Source of the DNA: a virus
Taxonomy: Duplodnaviria; Caudoviricetes
Length of the DNA: 36,934 nt
IMG/VR virus record: IMGVR_UViG_3300031229_000075
Span: 1-36,934 of that record
Reading direction: 5' to 3' (one strand)
In this document: one piece after another, positions 8,282 through 17,884 of the stretch
Layout of the letters: each line of letters opens with the position of its first letter
Numbering within the stretch: the first letter of the stretch is position 1
Position numbers and translations under genes: made by a program
The notes under the pieces: model-generated
Databases searched by the model: none
Seen by the model: the letters and a program-made list of their open reading frames with translations, nothing else
What the model was told of the DNA's origin: nothing

Positions 8282-11200
8282 CTTCACAGGTGGCGGGTTC
8301 GAGCAACTCGCGAGAGAAGCGGAGAAGCTGAAGGCGGACGCCGCGAGGCTGCGCTCGGTCACCCAGCAGGCGACGCAGCAGACCGCGACCGATGAGCAAG
8401 CGCGTAGACGGCTTGCCGACCGCGCCCGTTCAGCGACCTCGCGGACGATCGCACAGGCGGAGACGATCATCCAGCGCGGCGGCGCGGCGGCGCGGGTAAC
8501 CGGCCAGGCCGCTGAGGCGAATATCGCCGGGCAGGCCCGGCAGATGGACCGGCTGGCCGTTAGCGCCGAACGGGCGTTGCGGCCTATGGAGGGGCTGCGT
8601 CGCTACGGCCCGTTTGCCTGGGGTCGCGCTGGCGCCGCTCCGGGTGGCCCGACGAATCTCGCGGCGATGCAGGAGCAGTACGCGCAGATGGCGCGTACGC
8701 GAGCCATCGGGGCAGGCGCCGCGCCGTACGCGGCGACCCAGGGCGCGGCACTCGCGGCGCTGAGTCGGTCGCAGTACGGCGCTGGCGCAGTAGCTCCTCC
8801 CGGCGGAGGCGGAATCCCGCCGCCCCAGCAGATGACCGCCTACTCGGCGGGGATGACGCGCGCGGCGACGGCGCACTCGGTCCTGAACGCCCAGATGGAG
8901 CGCCACGGTGCTCTGTCGTCGGAGTTCATCCAGCAGCTTGCCCGAGGCAACGTTGGCCTGCGCGAACTCGGCTCGCAGTTGGTGGTGACCGCAGGGAAGT
9001 TCGGCGGTTGGCTCGCGGCGGGCGGAGCCATCTTCGCCCTGCTCGGGACGCTAGGGGCTGTCGGTGGCGGCGCGATCGACGCCGCGACCGGCGTGAACCA
9101 GTTGCGCCGCGTCATCGCGGGGGTGGACACCGACAAGGCTCAACAGGGCTTCCGCGATCTTGCCAACGAGTTCAACCTGCCGATCGAACAGGTCGCCGCC
9201 GCACAGTACGAGATGGGCAAGGTCTTCAACGACCAGGCCCAGAGCCTTGAAGCCGCGCGGATCGTTCTCGCGGGGGTCAAGGTCGGCGAACTCGATGTCG
9301 CCACGTCCGCGCGCTACCTGACTTCGATCACCCAGGGCTTCAACCTCGAAGCCGATCAGATGTCCGATGTCTTCGGGCAGATCAACACCGCGCAGAACGA
9401 GTTTGGTCTGAACATTCAGGACACAACCTCGGGGATGGCGAAGGCGGCGGGTACGGCCTCCACCCTCGGTGGGTCCACCGAGGCCGTGCTGGCGTTCTTC
9501 ACTGCGGCGAGGCGCGGCTCCGGTCAGTCGGGTGAGGTCATCGGTACGGCCGTGCAGCGCATGTCGAACTTCCTCAACCAGAACAAGGAAGACCTGAAGC
9601 AATACGGCATCGATGTCGAGAACATGGAACTCGACGAGATTCTTGAAAAGGCGTTCGAGGTTGCGCCCAGCCTGGATCGTCAGGAACTCATCAAGCTCTC
9701 GCAGTCGCTCGGTGGCTCCTTCTACGGGCCGCGCGTGTTCCTGCCCGCGCTGCGTCAGGGCGAAATCCGCGAGCAGGCACTCGGGCGTTACGAAGGGGCG
9801 GGCGAGGCCGACTGGCAGAAGGAACTCGAAACCACACTGGAGAACGCCAGTGAAATCCTCGTCAGGATCGGCACTCAGTTGGGGATTCTGGGGTCGAACC
9901 TGGCCTCCTCCGGCTTCCTCGACCTTCTGCTCCTCGGCATCCAGGCCCTCGGGGACATGCTCCAAGCGGTCAACTTCATCTTGGAGGTCTTCAACCTCCT
10001 GCCAGAACCGCTGCGGCATGCACTCACAATCGCCGCGCAGTTGTACGCCGTGTTCCGTCTCATGCGTCGGTTCAACATGGGGTCCACCCTTCCGGGCGCC
10101 GCTGGTCGTGCCTTCCAGAACCCGCGCAATCCGATCAACGACGAGCGCGAAGCCATTGCAGTGCGCCGGACAGAACTCTCCGAGCAACTGATCGGTGCGT
10201 CGAATGCGGTAACACGCGCGGAGATCGCGAAGACGATCGAGACGGAGCGCGTTCTCGCCGAGGCGAAGAAGCAAGCGGGAAGTGCAGGCGAGGCGGCGCG
10301 GGTCACGCGCGACTCGATCTCCAGTCACGAGGACATTGTTTCCGCAGACCAGCGGATCAGGGATGCTCGGCTTCAGGAGGCCGTCATCGCCCGCGAGCGC
10401 GAGCGGACGGTGAGCCGGGATGCCGAGCTTCGGGCGACGCCGACGCGGGCGAGGGCACCGTGGCGGACGCCGCCGACCGGAAGGCCACGCGATGTGCTCG
10501 CTTACATCGACGCGGCCCAGGCGCAGTCGCAGTTCCGGACCAACCTCCAGCAGTACGGCCCTGCGCTCGGAACGATGCGGACGGCCGCAGCGGGTGTTCG
10601 TACGGCAGCGACCCGTGTAGCGGCCGGGTTCCGACAACTGTCGTTCCGGGGTGCGGTCGCGCGGATGCGTGGCGCCGGTTCACGGATGATGCAGTCGGCG
10701 CGTGGAATGGTCGGGATGCTCGGACCGCTGGACGCGGTGCTGATCGGCGTCGGTGCGCTGGCGGGTGCGATAGCGCAGTCACGCGGGCAACAGGTGGAGT
10801 TGACCCGTGCCCTGGAGACAATCCAGAGTGCAACGTCAGCCGAGGACATCGACAGTGCATACCAGGGCGTCGTCGATCAGATCGCGAACGAGAACCTCCT
10901 CGACGACATCGCGGGCATCGTGGACGGTAACCGCGAGACACAGCAAGAGATCATCGAGGAGGTCGATCGCCAGCGAGCGAAGATCGCAACGTTCCGTGTC
11001 GCGGTCGAGCGAACGGGCCAGGGGCGTGCTCTTTCAGAGGAGGAACGCGGGACGCTAGCGGAGGGGACGTTCCCCGAGGTTTATCAGGACATGGCGACCG
11101 ACATCAGGCGCCGCATCGACAAGAAGCTCCTGTCTTACCGCGAGGGCGAACGGATGATGGATGCCCTGGTCGAGTCCGCCTGGGAGTCTCCATTCGTCGA

Positions 11201-12683
11201 TGACCCGCGCGCTCTGGCAGACGAGCTTCGCGGCTCTCTCGGTGAAGGTGCTCAGCGCACAGCCGAGCAGATAAAGCAGCGGGCGGAGCTTCGTGCGGCG
11301 GAGGGGCCGCTATACGACCCGGTGGGGGAGGCGAGACGCGCTGCGGACACGGCTCGGCAGGTGCTCCGTGCGCTCGAACGCGAGAAGGGCGAGCAGGAGG
11401 CGATTGGCGATGCCGAGGTAGAGGTCGCACAGGCGGAGCGCGCGGTCGTCGAGGCCCAGAACGAGCGGGCGAAGGCGCTGCTTCAGGCCCGTGGGCAGCT
11501 TGCGATCAGCGAGATCAACCCCGAGAACGCGGTTGCCAGAAGCCGCCAGGAGATCGAGAACGCTCGCAAGGAGCTTTCCCTCCTGCGACGCCAGGGGCGC
11601 CCGCGCGAGGAAATCCTCGGCGCTCTCGCGGCGCTCAACGAGGCAGAGTTCGCACGGGACCAGGCGATCCGCGATCGGGCGCTGGAGGTCATCGACATCG
11701 CCGCCAGGATGCGCGAGGCGGACGCACCGCTTTACGCGCCGCTGCTCTCGGAGCAGACGGCCCTTTGGGCAGCCCGCAGGAAGCTGGAGACACTGCGGCG
11801 TCGGGGTGGATCGCGCAGCCAGGTCAGGGACGCGATCGCAACTGTCGCGGAGTCCGAACGGGCGTTGGCACTTGCGGCGAATGACCGCGCGCGGAGCCTG
11901 GTCGAAGCGAGCGGCGAGATCGCGCTCGCGCGGATCGACCCGGAGAGGACGGTGGCGGTTGCGCAGCAGACGCTCAGAAACGCGCGCAACGTGCACAGCC
12001 TTGTCGTCGCCCAGGGCCGCGATCAGGAGGAAGTGATGCGGGCCTACGTGTCCGTGCTCCAGGCCGAATCACAGCTTCGGCAGGCGATCGAGGAGCGGGC
12101 CGAGGGGATTCACACGGCGCAGTTGGACATCCTCCGCGCCCGCGCCGAGGCATCCGGCAACGAGGTTCGGATCGCCGCTCTCGCGGCGCGCGACGCCCTC
12201 TACGCCCTGCGTCACGCCGACACGCGGCAGGAGACGCTGGAGGCGCGTGCGTCGCTCATCCGCGCCCGGACATCACGGCGCGAGGCAATCTTCAGTCGCG
12301 AGGTCGAGGACATCGAGTTCCAGGCCGACATTGGCAAGCTCACCCTCCAGCAGCAGATCAGCGCCTACGAACGCCTCCTGAACACGCTCACGCTAACTCG
12401 CGACATGCGTCGGGACTTGCGGCGCCGGATATATGGTCTGCGCGAGGAACTCGAAGGCGAGGACGGCTTCGATCTCGCGGTCGGGAACATCAAGCTCCCG
12501 ACGATCTACGAGATCAGGAGGGCGATGCAAGGTGGACTGAATCAGCAGTCCAACGTCCAGGTCAACAACTCGGCGGTCATCAATGTCAACGGTGCTGGCA
12601 ACCCGGCCAGCGTCGCACAGAGGGTGAGCGATGCGCTGGGTCAAAGCGGCAGGGCCGCGCTCCGATCGGCAGGGCTGACCTAA
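8271..12683 (+). CDS. Tape measure protein
   Basis: 1470 aa, Ala/Arg/Glu-rich and helical; TP901-like core (GQSGEVIGTAVQRM); hydrophobic segments; follows the frameshifted chaperone. Confidence 0.92.
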   Translation: MGADFTGGGFEQLAREAEKLKADAARLRSVTQQATQQTATDEQARRRLADRARSATSRTIAQAETIIQRGGAAARVTGQAAEANIAGQARQMDRLAVSAERALRPMEGLRRYGPFAWGRAGAAPGGPTNLAAMQEQYAQMARTRAIGAGAAPYAATQGAALAALSRSQYGAGAVAPPGGGGIPPPQQMTAYSAGMTRAATAHSVLNAQMERHGALSSEFIQQLARGNVGLRELGSQLVVTAGKFGGWLAAGGAIFALLGTLGAVGGGAIDAATGVNQLRRVIAGVDTDKAQQGFRDLANEFNLPIEQVAAAQYEMGKVFNDQAQSLEAARIVLAGVKVGELDVATSARYLTSITQGFNLEADQMSDVFGQINTAQNEFGLNIQDTTSGMAKAAGTASTLGGSTEAVLAFFTAARRGSGQSGEVIGTAVQRMSNFLNQNKEDLKQYGIDVENMELDEILEKAFEVAPSLDRQELIKLSQSLGGSFYGPRVFLPALRQGEIREQALGRYEGAGEADWQKELETTLENASEILVRIGTQLGILGSNLASSGFLDLLLLGIQALGDMLQAVNFILEVFNLLPEPLRHALTIAAQLYAVFRLMRRFNMGSTLPGAAGRAFQNPRNPINDEREAIAVRRTELSEQLIGASNAVTRAEIAKTIETERVLAEAKKQAGSAGEAARVTRDSISSHEDIVSADQRIRDARLQEAVIARERERTVSRDAELRATPTRARAPWRTPPTGRPRDVLAYIDAAQAQSQFRTNLQQYGPALGTMRTAAAGVRTAATRVAAGFRQLSFRGAVARMRGAGSRMMQSARGMVGMLGPLDAVLIGVGALAGAIAQSRGQQVELTRALETIQSATSAEDIDSAYQGVVDQIANENLLDDIAGIVDGNRETQQEIIEEVDRQRAKIATFRVAVERTGQGRALSEEERGTLAEGTFPEVYQDMATDIRRRIDKKLLSYREGERMMDALVESAWESPFVDDPRALADELRGSLGEGAQRTAEQIKQRAELRAAEGPLYDPVGEARRAADTARQVLRALEREKGEQEAIGDAEVEVAQAERAVVEAQNERAKALLQARGQLAISEINPENAVARSRQEIENARKELSLLRRQGRPREEILGALAALNEAEFARDQAIRDRALEVIDIAARMREADAPLYAPLLSEQTALWAARRKLETLRRRGGSRSQVRDAIATVAESERALALAANDRARSLVEASGEIALARIDPERTVAVAQQTLRNARNVHSLVVAQGRDQEEVMRAYVSVLQAESQLRQAIEERAEGIHTAQLDILRARAEASGNEVRIAALAARDALYALRHADTRQETLEARASLIRARTSRREAIFSREVEDIEFQADIGKLTLQQQISAYERLLNTLTLTRDMRRDLRRRIYGLREELEGEDGFDLAVGNIKLPTIYEIRRAMQGGLNQQSNVQVNNSAVINVNGAGNPASVAQRVSDALGQSGRAALRSAGLT

Positions 12684-13114
12684 TGCGCAACGTCTTCATC
12701 GATCCCGCTGGCAGCCGTCCCGACTATCCGTGGGCGATCAACCACTCTGACGAGGAGGAGTTCGGGAAGAAGCGCAACATCGAGCAGGGGGCGACGACCG
12801 CGAACAACGGGTTCGTGAAGCAGCAGTCCGACGATTCGCCGCTCATCATTCGGGTCAACGGAAGCATCCTGACGCAAGCTCAGTTCGAGGAGATGAAGGC
12901 GTGGTGGAAGCTCTGCGAGTCGCAGACGATCTACTTCCGCGACTTTGCTGGTGACGAGTACGAGGTCATCATCAGCGAGTTCCTGCCAACGCGGCACAAG
13001 ACGATCCGTAACCCGCGTGACTTCGCGAACGCGCCGTACTGGTTCTGGCGCTACAAGATGTCGATGGAAGTCATCCGCATCCGGGCGGGCACCTGGGAGG
13101 GCGTGACGCCGTAG
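12683..13114 (+). CDS. Putative distal tail (Dit-like) protein
   Basis: 143 aa, beta-rich, directly after the tape measure gene; TAATG coupling. Confidence 0.6.
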   Translation: MRNVFIDPAGSRPDYPWAINHSDEEEFGKKRNIEQGATTANNGFVKQQSDDSPLIIRVNGSILTQAQFEEMKAWWKLCESQTIYFRDFAGDEYEVIISEFLPTRHKTIRNPRDFANAPYWFWRYKMSMEVIRIRAGTWEGVTP

Positions 13115-15273
13115 TGGCGCACGATGCGGCGACAGTCAAGACCATCCGCCAGCGGTGGAAGTCAGGTGAGCACGTGGGCGTCGCCAAGCCGACGATGCGG
13201 GGATATGTGCGGTCGGTCGTTCTCGGACGCGAGTTGCATCGCGTCCCGCAAGACGACATCTACGCACATATCCCCAACTGGCAGGGCGGCAACAAAATCT
13301 GGCAGGGGCGTTGGTATCCGAAGTCGGATTGGGTTGCGCTCCCGAACGTGCTCAGCGTCGAGGGCGATCAGGATTTCAACCAGAACGGCGTCGGGAACTG
13401 CGTGATCGAGATCGATAACGTGGCGATGATCGAGCAGAGCGGCGTCGCGGGTGTCTACCACCTGATCGAGCGCGGCTACTACTCACCGTTCCGTGGCACC
13501 GACCCGAGGGGCGGACTGCCTCCAATCGCAGCACAGAACGAGTGGTATGACGTGCTCTCCGACAAGAGCACCCAGATCATCATCGTTGCCGGTTACGGTG
13601 ACGCGGCGATCCCGATCTTCGAGGGCCTGGTCAACGACATCGACATGACCAGTCGGCCCGACCGGATCACGTTGACATGCCGCGATGGCGGGCAGGTGGT
13701 CACCGATCAGCGCGTGTTCCTGAACGCGAAGGTGCGCTACGTCAAAGACCCGATCACGTTCGCCGATCGGCGGGATGCCGATGAGACGGAGCGCAAGGGC
13801 TACGGGGCCGAGGCGAAGAACCGAGTGCCCTGGCATCCGCCGCGGTTTGTTCTCGACGATAAGGATTCGACATCGTGGGTGTCGGGGGATTACAACGTAC
13901 GCAGCCCGAATGAGTTGCCCTGGCTCCAGATCGCGCTTCCACATGGGCGGTATGAGTCATTTCGGTTCAAGCCGCGTTTCCCCGATCTCACTGGATACGT
14001 CGCGATCAAGGCGAAGGACAAGAACGCGCCCGGTAAGCACGGCGCACGTAAGCACTTCTACAACACGAAGTACAAGGACGGGGAATGGATCGATGAAGGA
14101 TTGGGGACTGTTCCTGGCACAAACATCCCCTACGTCAAGAAGATCGACGACATCAAGGGCAAGGGGACACAATACGGACTCCCCGACTACGGGTATGACC
14201 TCGGGGACGACTCGAAGATTCGCATCTACTTCGACAACCTGGATCGTGGTAGGGCGTACCGTTCGCCAGGGCGTGCCTTCCATGCGGGGGCAGTCGAGTT
14301 CAAGGGGATTCGACGGCGGCTGACGGCAGAGGCGAGGAAGAACAAGTGGATACTCGTCGATGATCTTGCTGATGTGGTCCGGACGGTGTTCCAGTGGTCG
14401 GGGATCAATGAATGGGATGTTGAGACGACCGGAGTGCGTCTTCGCGAGAAGTCCACGTGGAACCGGGGCAACTTCCTGATCGACATCATCAACGCTGCGA
14501 GCGATCAAGTTGGCTACGCGTTCCACATGCGCCCGCGCGAGAACTTCGATGAAGGAACGCTGACCTCCCCCGAGGAGGAGATGTCGATGGGTATCGCGGT
14601 GTGGCGTCAGACGAACGCGATGCGGTCAGGCGGCGGGGTACGCGATGCCGTCGAGATGGTGCACGAGGAACAGACGCTCCAGGGGATCAACGCCAAGATC
14701 ACCGATGAGCCGCTCGCCTACAACATCCGGGTTCGAGGCAGGGCGATCAAGAGGAAGAAGGGTGGGCGCGTCCTCGGCGGCGATGACACCCTGCGCTGGA
14801 TGTACGTCTATCGCCCGCCCTGGTCCCGTGGCGAATGGCGGGGTCACGAATCTAACGACTATCGGAACGCAAACATCAAGAAGTACGTGGTGCACCACGA
14901 CAACTCCCTGAAGACGCTCGCACAGTGCAAGGTGGCGGCGCTGTTCATCGCCTTTCGGGAGGCGATGGAATCGGCGCAGGTGCAGTTCGAGGCACCGTGT
15001 ATGCCCACCATGTACCTCGATCAGCACTGCGGTCTGTTCGACACCGGCACCGGCCTGTCCACTCGCGTTTACATCGCGTCGCGGCAGTACAGCTATCGGT
15101 CCGGCGAGAACGGCCACTTCAAGATGGCGCTGGCCGGGTCGCTGCTCGACACGCAGGACATAGTGATAGTTCGAGACGAGTTGACCCAACTTCTGAAGGA
15201 CAACGGCTACGACCCAGGCATCAGCCGTGGGCAGCTTCGGCGGTGGGGTCGCCCGTTCTGGAGGAACAACTGA
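13114..15273 (+). CDS. Putative baseplate hub/Tal-like minor tail protein with an inserted discoidin-like domain
   Basis: PIFEGLVNDI...ITLTCRD hub motif; PRFVLDDKDSTSWVS...PWLQIAL resembles F5/8 type C; position after Dit. Confidence 0.65.
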   Translation: MAHDAATVKTIRQRWKSGEHVGVAKPTMRGYVRSVVLGRELHRVPQDDIYAHIPNWQGGNKIWQGRWYPKSDWVALPNVLSVEGDQDFNQNGVGNCVIEIDNVAMIEQSGVAGVYHLIERGYYSPFRGTDPRGGLPPIAAQNEWYDVLSDKSTQIIIVAGYGDAAIPIFEGLVNDIDMTSRPDRITLTCRDGGQVVTDQRVFLNAKVRYVKDPITFADRRDADETERKGYGAEAKNRVPWHPPRFVLDDKDSTSWVSGDYNVRSPNELPWLQIALPHGRYESFRFKPRFPDLTGYVAIKAKDKNAPGKHGARKHFYNTKYKDGEWIDEGLGTVPGTNIPYVKKIDDIKGKGTQYGLPDYGYDLGDDSKIRIYFDNLDRGRAYRSPGRAFHAGAVEFKGIRRRLTAEARKNKWILVDDLADVVRTVFQWSGINEWDVETTGVRLREKSTWNRGNFLIDIINAASDQVGYAFHMRPRENFDEGTLTSPEEEMSMGIAVWRQTNAMRSGGGVRDAVEMVHEEQTLQGINAKITDEPLAYNIRVRGRAIKRKKGGRVLGGDDTLRWMYVYRPPWSRGEWRGHESNDYRNANIKKYVVHHDNSLKTLAQCKVAALFIAFREAMESAQVQFEAPCMPTMYLDQHCGLFDTGTGLSTRVYIASRQYSYRSGENGHFKMALAGSLLDTQDIVIVRDELTQLLKDNGYDPGISRGQLRRWGRPFWRNN

Positions 15274-15752
15274 TGCCGGAGGTTCAGGTCGGAGCCATCG
15301 CCAAGTCCGTTCGCGGGCTGACGCTCGACGTGATTCAGCGCACCGACCGGGCCAAGCGCCAACGGGAGTTGGAGGGTCTGCGCGAGACGGAGGAGCAGAT
15401 CAAGATCGATGTGCGAGGCCGGGCAGAGGAGTTTCCGGAGTGGAGCGAAGTGCACGTGAACTTCGAGACGCTGTTCATCGACGCGAGCGGCCAGCGCGAT
15501 ACGGAGTTCGATCGCCCTCATTTCACCTACGGCGCCTACATCGAGCGCGGGGGGCCGGTCGGACTTTTGGCCTGCATCACACGCTGGGACGTTACGCCGC
15601 GCGATGAGGTCACCGGCTGCATTCTGGCCGTGGGCGCCGTTTCGACCGATCAGGCCCGTAGATTCCGGGGCGAGCTTCACGCTCGGTTCCAGGGCTACGG
15701 GGCGCCGCGTGATGCCTACGGCGGCTTGACCGAGCAACTCGATCTGGGGTAG
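15273..15752 (+). CDS. Minor tail protein (159 aa, MPEVQVGAIAKSV...)
   Basis: TGATG coupling with RBS GGAGG; 3' part of ORF 14925..15752. Confidence 0.65.
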   Translation: MPEVQVGAIAKSVRGLTLDVIQRTDRAKRQRELEGLRETEEQIKIDVRGRAEEFPEWSEVHVNFETLFIDASGQRDTEFDRPHFTYGAYIERGGPVGLLACITRWDVTPRDEVTGCILAVGAVSTDQARRFRGELHARFQGYGAPRDAYGGLTEQLDLG

Positions 15753-15757
15753 ACACC

Positions 15758-17884
15758 GTGAGAAAGACACTATTTGCTGGCCTTACCGTCCTCGAAGCCG
15801 ATGAGTCGGTGACAGAGGATGGCGCCGCGTTCATCGGGCGCGACCGCGACGCGATCGACTACTTCCTCGAACTCGGGGCGAAGACGCATCGGCATGACGC
15901 TCGACCGGGGCTGTTGGACCCGGAGCAGGCGATGGGCGGTAGCGCCCTGCCCTCTGGTGGGTCGATCCCCGCCGACCAGGCATATGCCCTCGGCTACACG
16001 CTGGAGGACGATTCCAACGGAGAGACGCTTCTTTCACCGATCACCCTCGTTGCCACTCCGCAGCCGCTTGACTCGCCGCTGGCCGCGGCATCCGGCAGCG
16101 TGGACTACGACAACGGCGGCGAACTGGTGGTGGACACGTACTACTACGCGTTCTCGTTCATCGACGGCGAGGGTGGCGAGACGCCGGTCGGACCCGCAAC
16201 TCCAGTTGAGCGGGAGCCGGGATTCGCGAACGCACGAATCACGCTGGGCGGGATGGGCGTCCTCGCAGACTCGGCGGGCGCGGTCGGCTGGCGCTTGTAT
16301 CGAGCCGTAGGCGGCGGTGACTTTGGCTATCTGGCGTCCGGCATAGCGGCAGAGAACACCTACCACGATCAGGGGTCGGCGAACGTCAACTGCGACATCA
16401 CGCCGCTGCCCGATGACGTGAACACCACGAACGGCGACAACACCCTGGAGATCGCCCTGCCGTCTGCCGACAACCTCGTGGCGTCAGCGGCGTTCATCAA
16501 CGTCTACGTCTCGGATGGTGGCGACTTCGTGGGCGATGTTCTCCTCGACCAGTTCCCGCTGTCGAGCGCAGGACAGCGTGCTCTGTACCGAGAGCTAGTC
16601 TTGCTGGAAAGCCAGCCGCCTGACGTGAACACGTCTGTCGGCGGCGCATCGCTGATCGATCCGGACCGGGAGCTTTTGGACTGGCACTGGAAGCGGCCGG
16701 TGGCGGGGTCAGGCGCTCTCGGCTCCGGTGCGCTCGGCGATGTGCGGCTCATCGAGAGTAGTGGTGACCTCTATGCCGTGCTGATCTCACCCTCTGCGGC
16801 GGTTCCCGAGCAATGGACTCGGATCGCGTCGGCTGGTGGTGGCGGAGGCGGAGGCGGCATGGGCGCGTCCGCCCTCCTCGATGTAACCGACGAGGACGGG
16901 CCGAACGTCACCGATGTCGGGAACCTCATCTTCGCTGCCTCCGGCTCCGCGACGGTCGGAGTCACGGACCTGGGCGGAGGTTCAGCGCAGGTGATGATCT
17001 TTGCGTCTGCTGCGCCGGGTCCACCTGGGGCCGAAGGGCCGGTTGGTCCGGCGGGTGTAGCGGGGCACGCCTCCGCAGCAATGCGCGCGACCGGCAGCGC
17101 TCAGAACATTCCTGCCACTGAGGAAGTCTCAGTGTCATGGATCGGAACGCGATACGACTCAGGTCGTGTGGCGGTGCTCAGTTCTGATGAGCCGGGACGT
17201 ATCTACATCAAGCAGGATGGCCTGTACGCCCTTCAGGGCCATATCCGTTTCGGCTCCGCATCGCCAACGGGGGGGGGAGAACGATCAACGCGGTTCCGTA
17301 AAAACGGAATCGGTGGTGGTATAGCTGGAATGACCAACCTCGCTTCTGCGGGGGGGCCGATTACGCAGACGATCTCTGCGATCGAGCCACTGGCATCCGG
17401 CGATTACATCGACCTGCGTGCGGGGGTCGGTTCACCCGTAACGCTCCTGGTCAACGCCACGCAGTTCCCCGATCTGGTGATCGCGCGAATGGGCGAAGGC
17501 GGTTCACACACCCGGCGATGGGCCTCAGCGACGGTGCCTGCGCTGGCATCGGGAGCCTCGGCAAACATGGAGTTTGGCACGGCTGCGGGTAGGCGCATAC
17601 TCGAAGTGCGGACCAACCGCCAGGGTCGTGTTCGGGCCTATGCGACACCGGGCGATCGCAGTGCGGACGTAGCCCGCGCGATCGGCGTCGATCCGACCGG
17701 CGATCACGGCGTTCTGCTCGATCTCCGCACCGAGGCGGACCTGTCCTGGCGTCTCTCACCGACCGTGGACGCGCACAACATGGAGGAGCCGGTGGCAAAC
17801 GCGCTCAGTCTGAACATTCAGAATCTCGATGGAACCGGCGATTTCGTTGTCGGATTCCTTCATATCCCGACCGAGATCGTCTGA
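15758..17884 (+). CDS. Tail fibre / receptor-binding protein with a poly-Gly hinge, a short collagen-like repeat and a C1q-like domain
   Basis: YYYAFSFIDGEGGET and GWRLYRA beta-sandwich motifs; GGGGGGG; GPPGAEGPVGPAGVAG; RIYIKQDGLYALQGHIRF...LASGDYIDL. Confidence 0.75.
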   Translation: MRKTLFAGLTVLEADESVTEDGAAFIGRDRDAIDYFLELGAKTHRHDARPGLLDPEQAMGGSALPSGGSIPADQAYALGYTLEDDSNGETLLSPITLVATPQPLDSPLAAASGSVDYDNGGELVVDTYYYAFSFIDGEGGETPVGPATPVEREPGFANARITLGGMGVLADSAGAVGWRLYRAVGGGDFGYLASGIAAENTYHDQGSANVNCDITPLPDDVNTTNGDNTLEIALPSADNLVASAAFINVYVSDGGDFVGDVLLDQFPLSSAGQRALYRELVLLESQPPDVNTSVGGASLIDPDRELLDWHWKRPVAGSGALGSGALGDVRLIESSGDLYAVLISPSAAVPEQWTRIASAGGGGGGGGMGASALLDVTDEDGPNVTDVGNLIFAASGSATVGVTDLGGGSAQVMIFASAAPGPPGAEGPVGPAGVAGHASAAMRATGSAQNIPATEEVSVSWIGTRYDSGRVAVLSSDEPGRIYIKQDGLYALQGHIRFGSASPTGGGERSTRFRKNGIGGGIAGMTNLASAGGPITQTISAIEPLASGDYIDLRAGVGSPVTLLVNATQFPDLVIARMGEGGSHTRRWASATVPALASGASANMEFGTAAGRRILEVRTNRQGRVRAYATPGDRSADVARAIGVDPTGDHGVLLDLRTEADLSWRLSPTVDAHNMEEPVANALSLNIQNLDGTGDFVVGFLHIPTEIV

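Noticed and set aside
9051-10637. Long minus-strand ORFs (also 5920..7083, the full-length 20236..21480, 31095..32156)
   Set aside because: Antisense shadows of GC3-rich plus-strand genes with no recognisable motifs; only the last 54 codons of 20236..21480 have an RBS and free space
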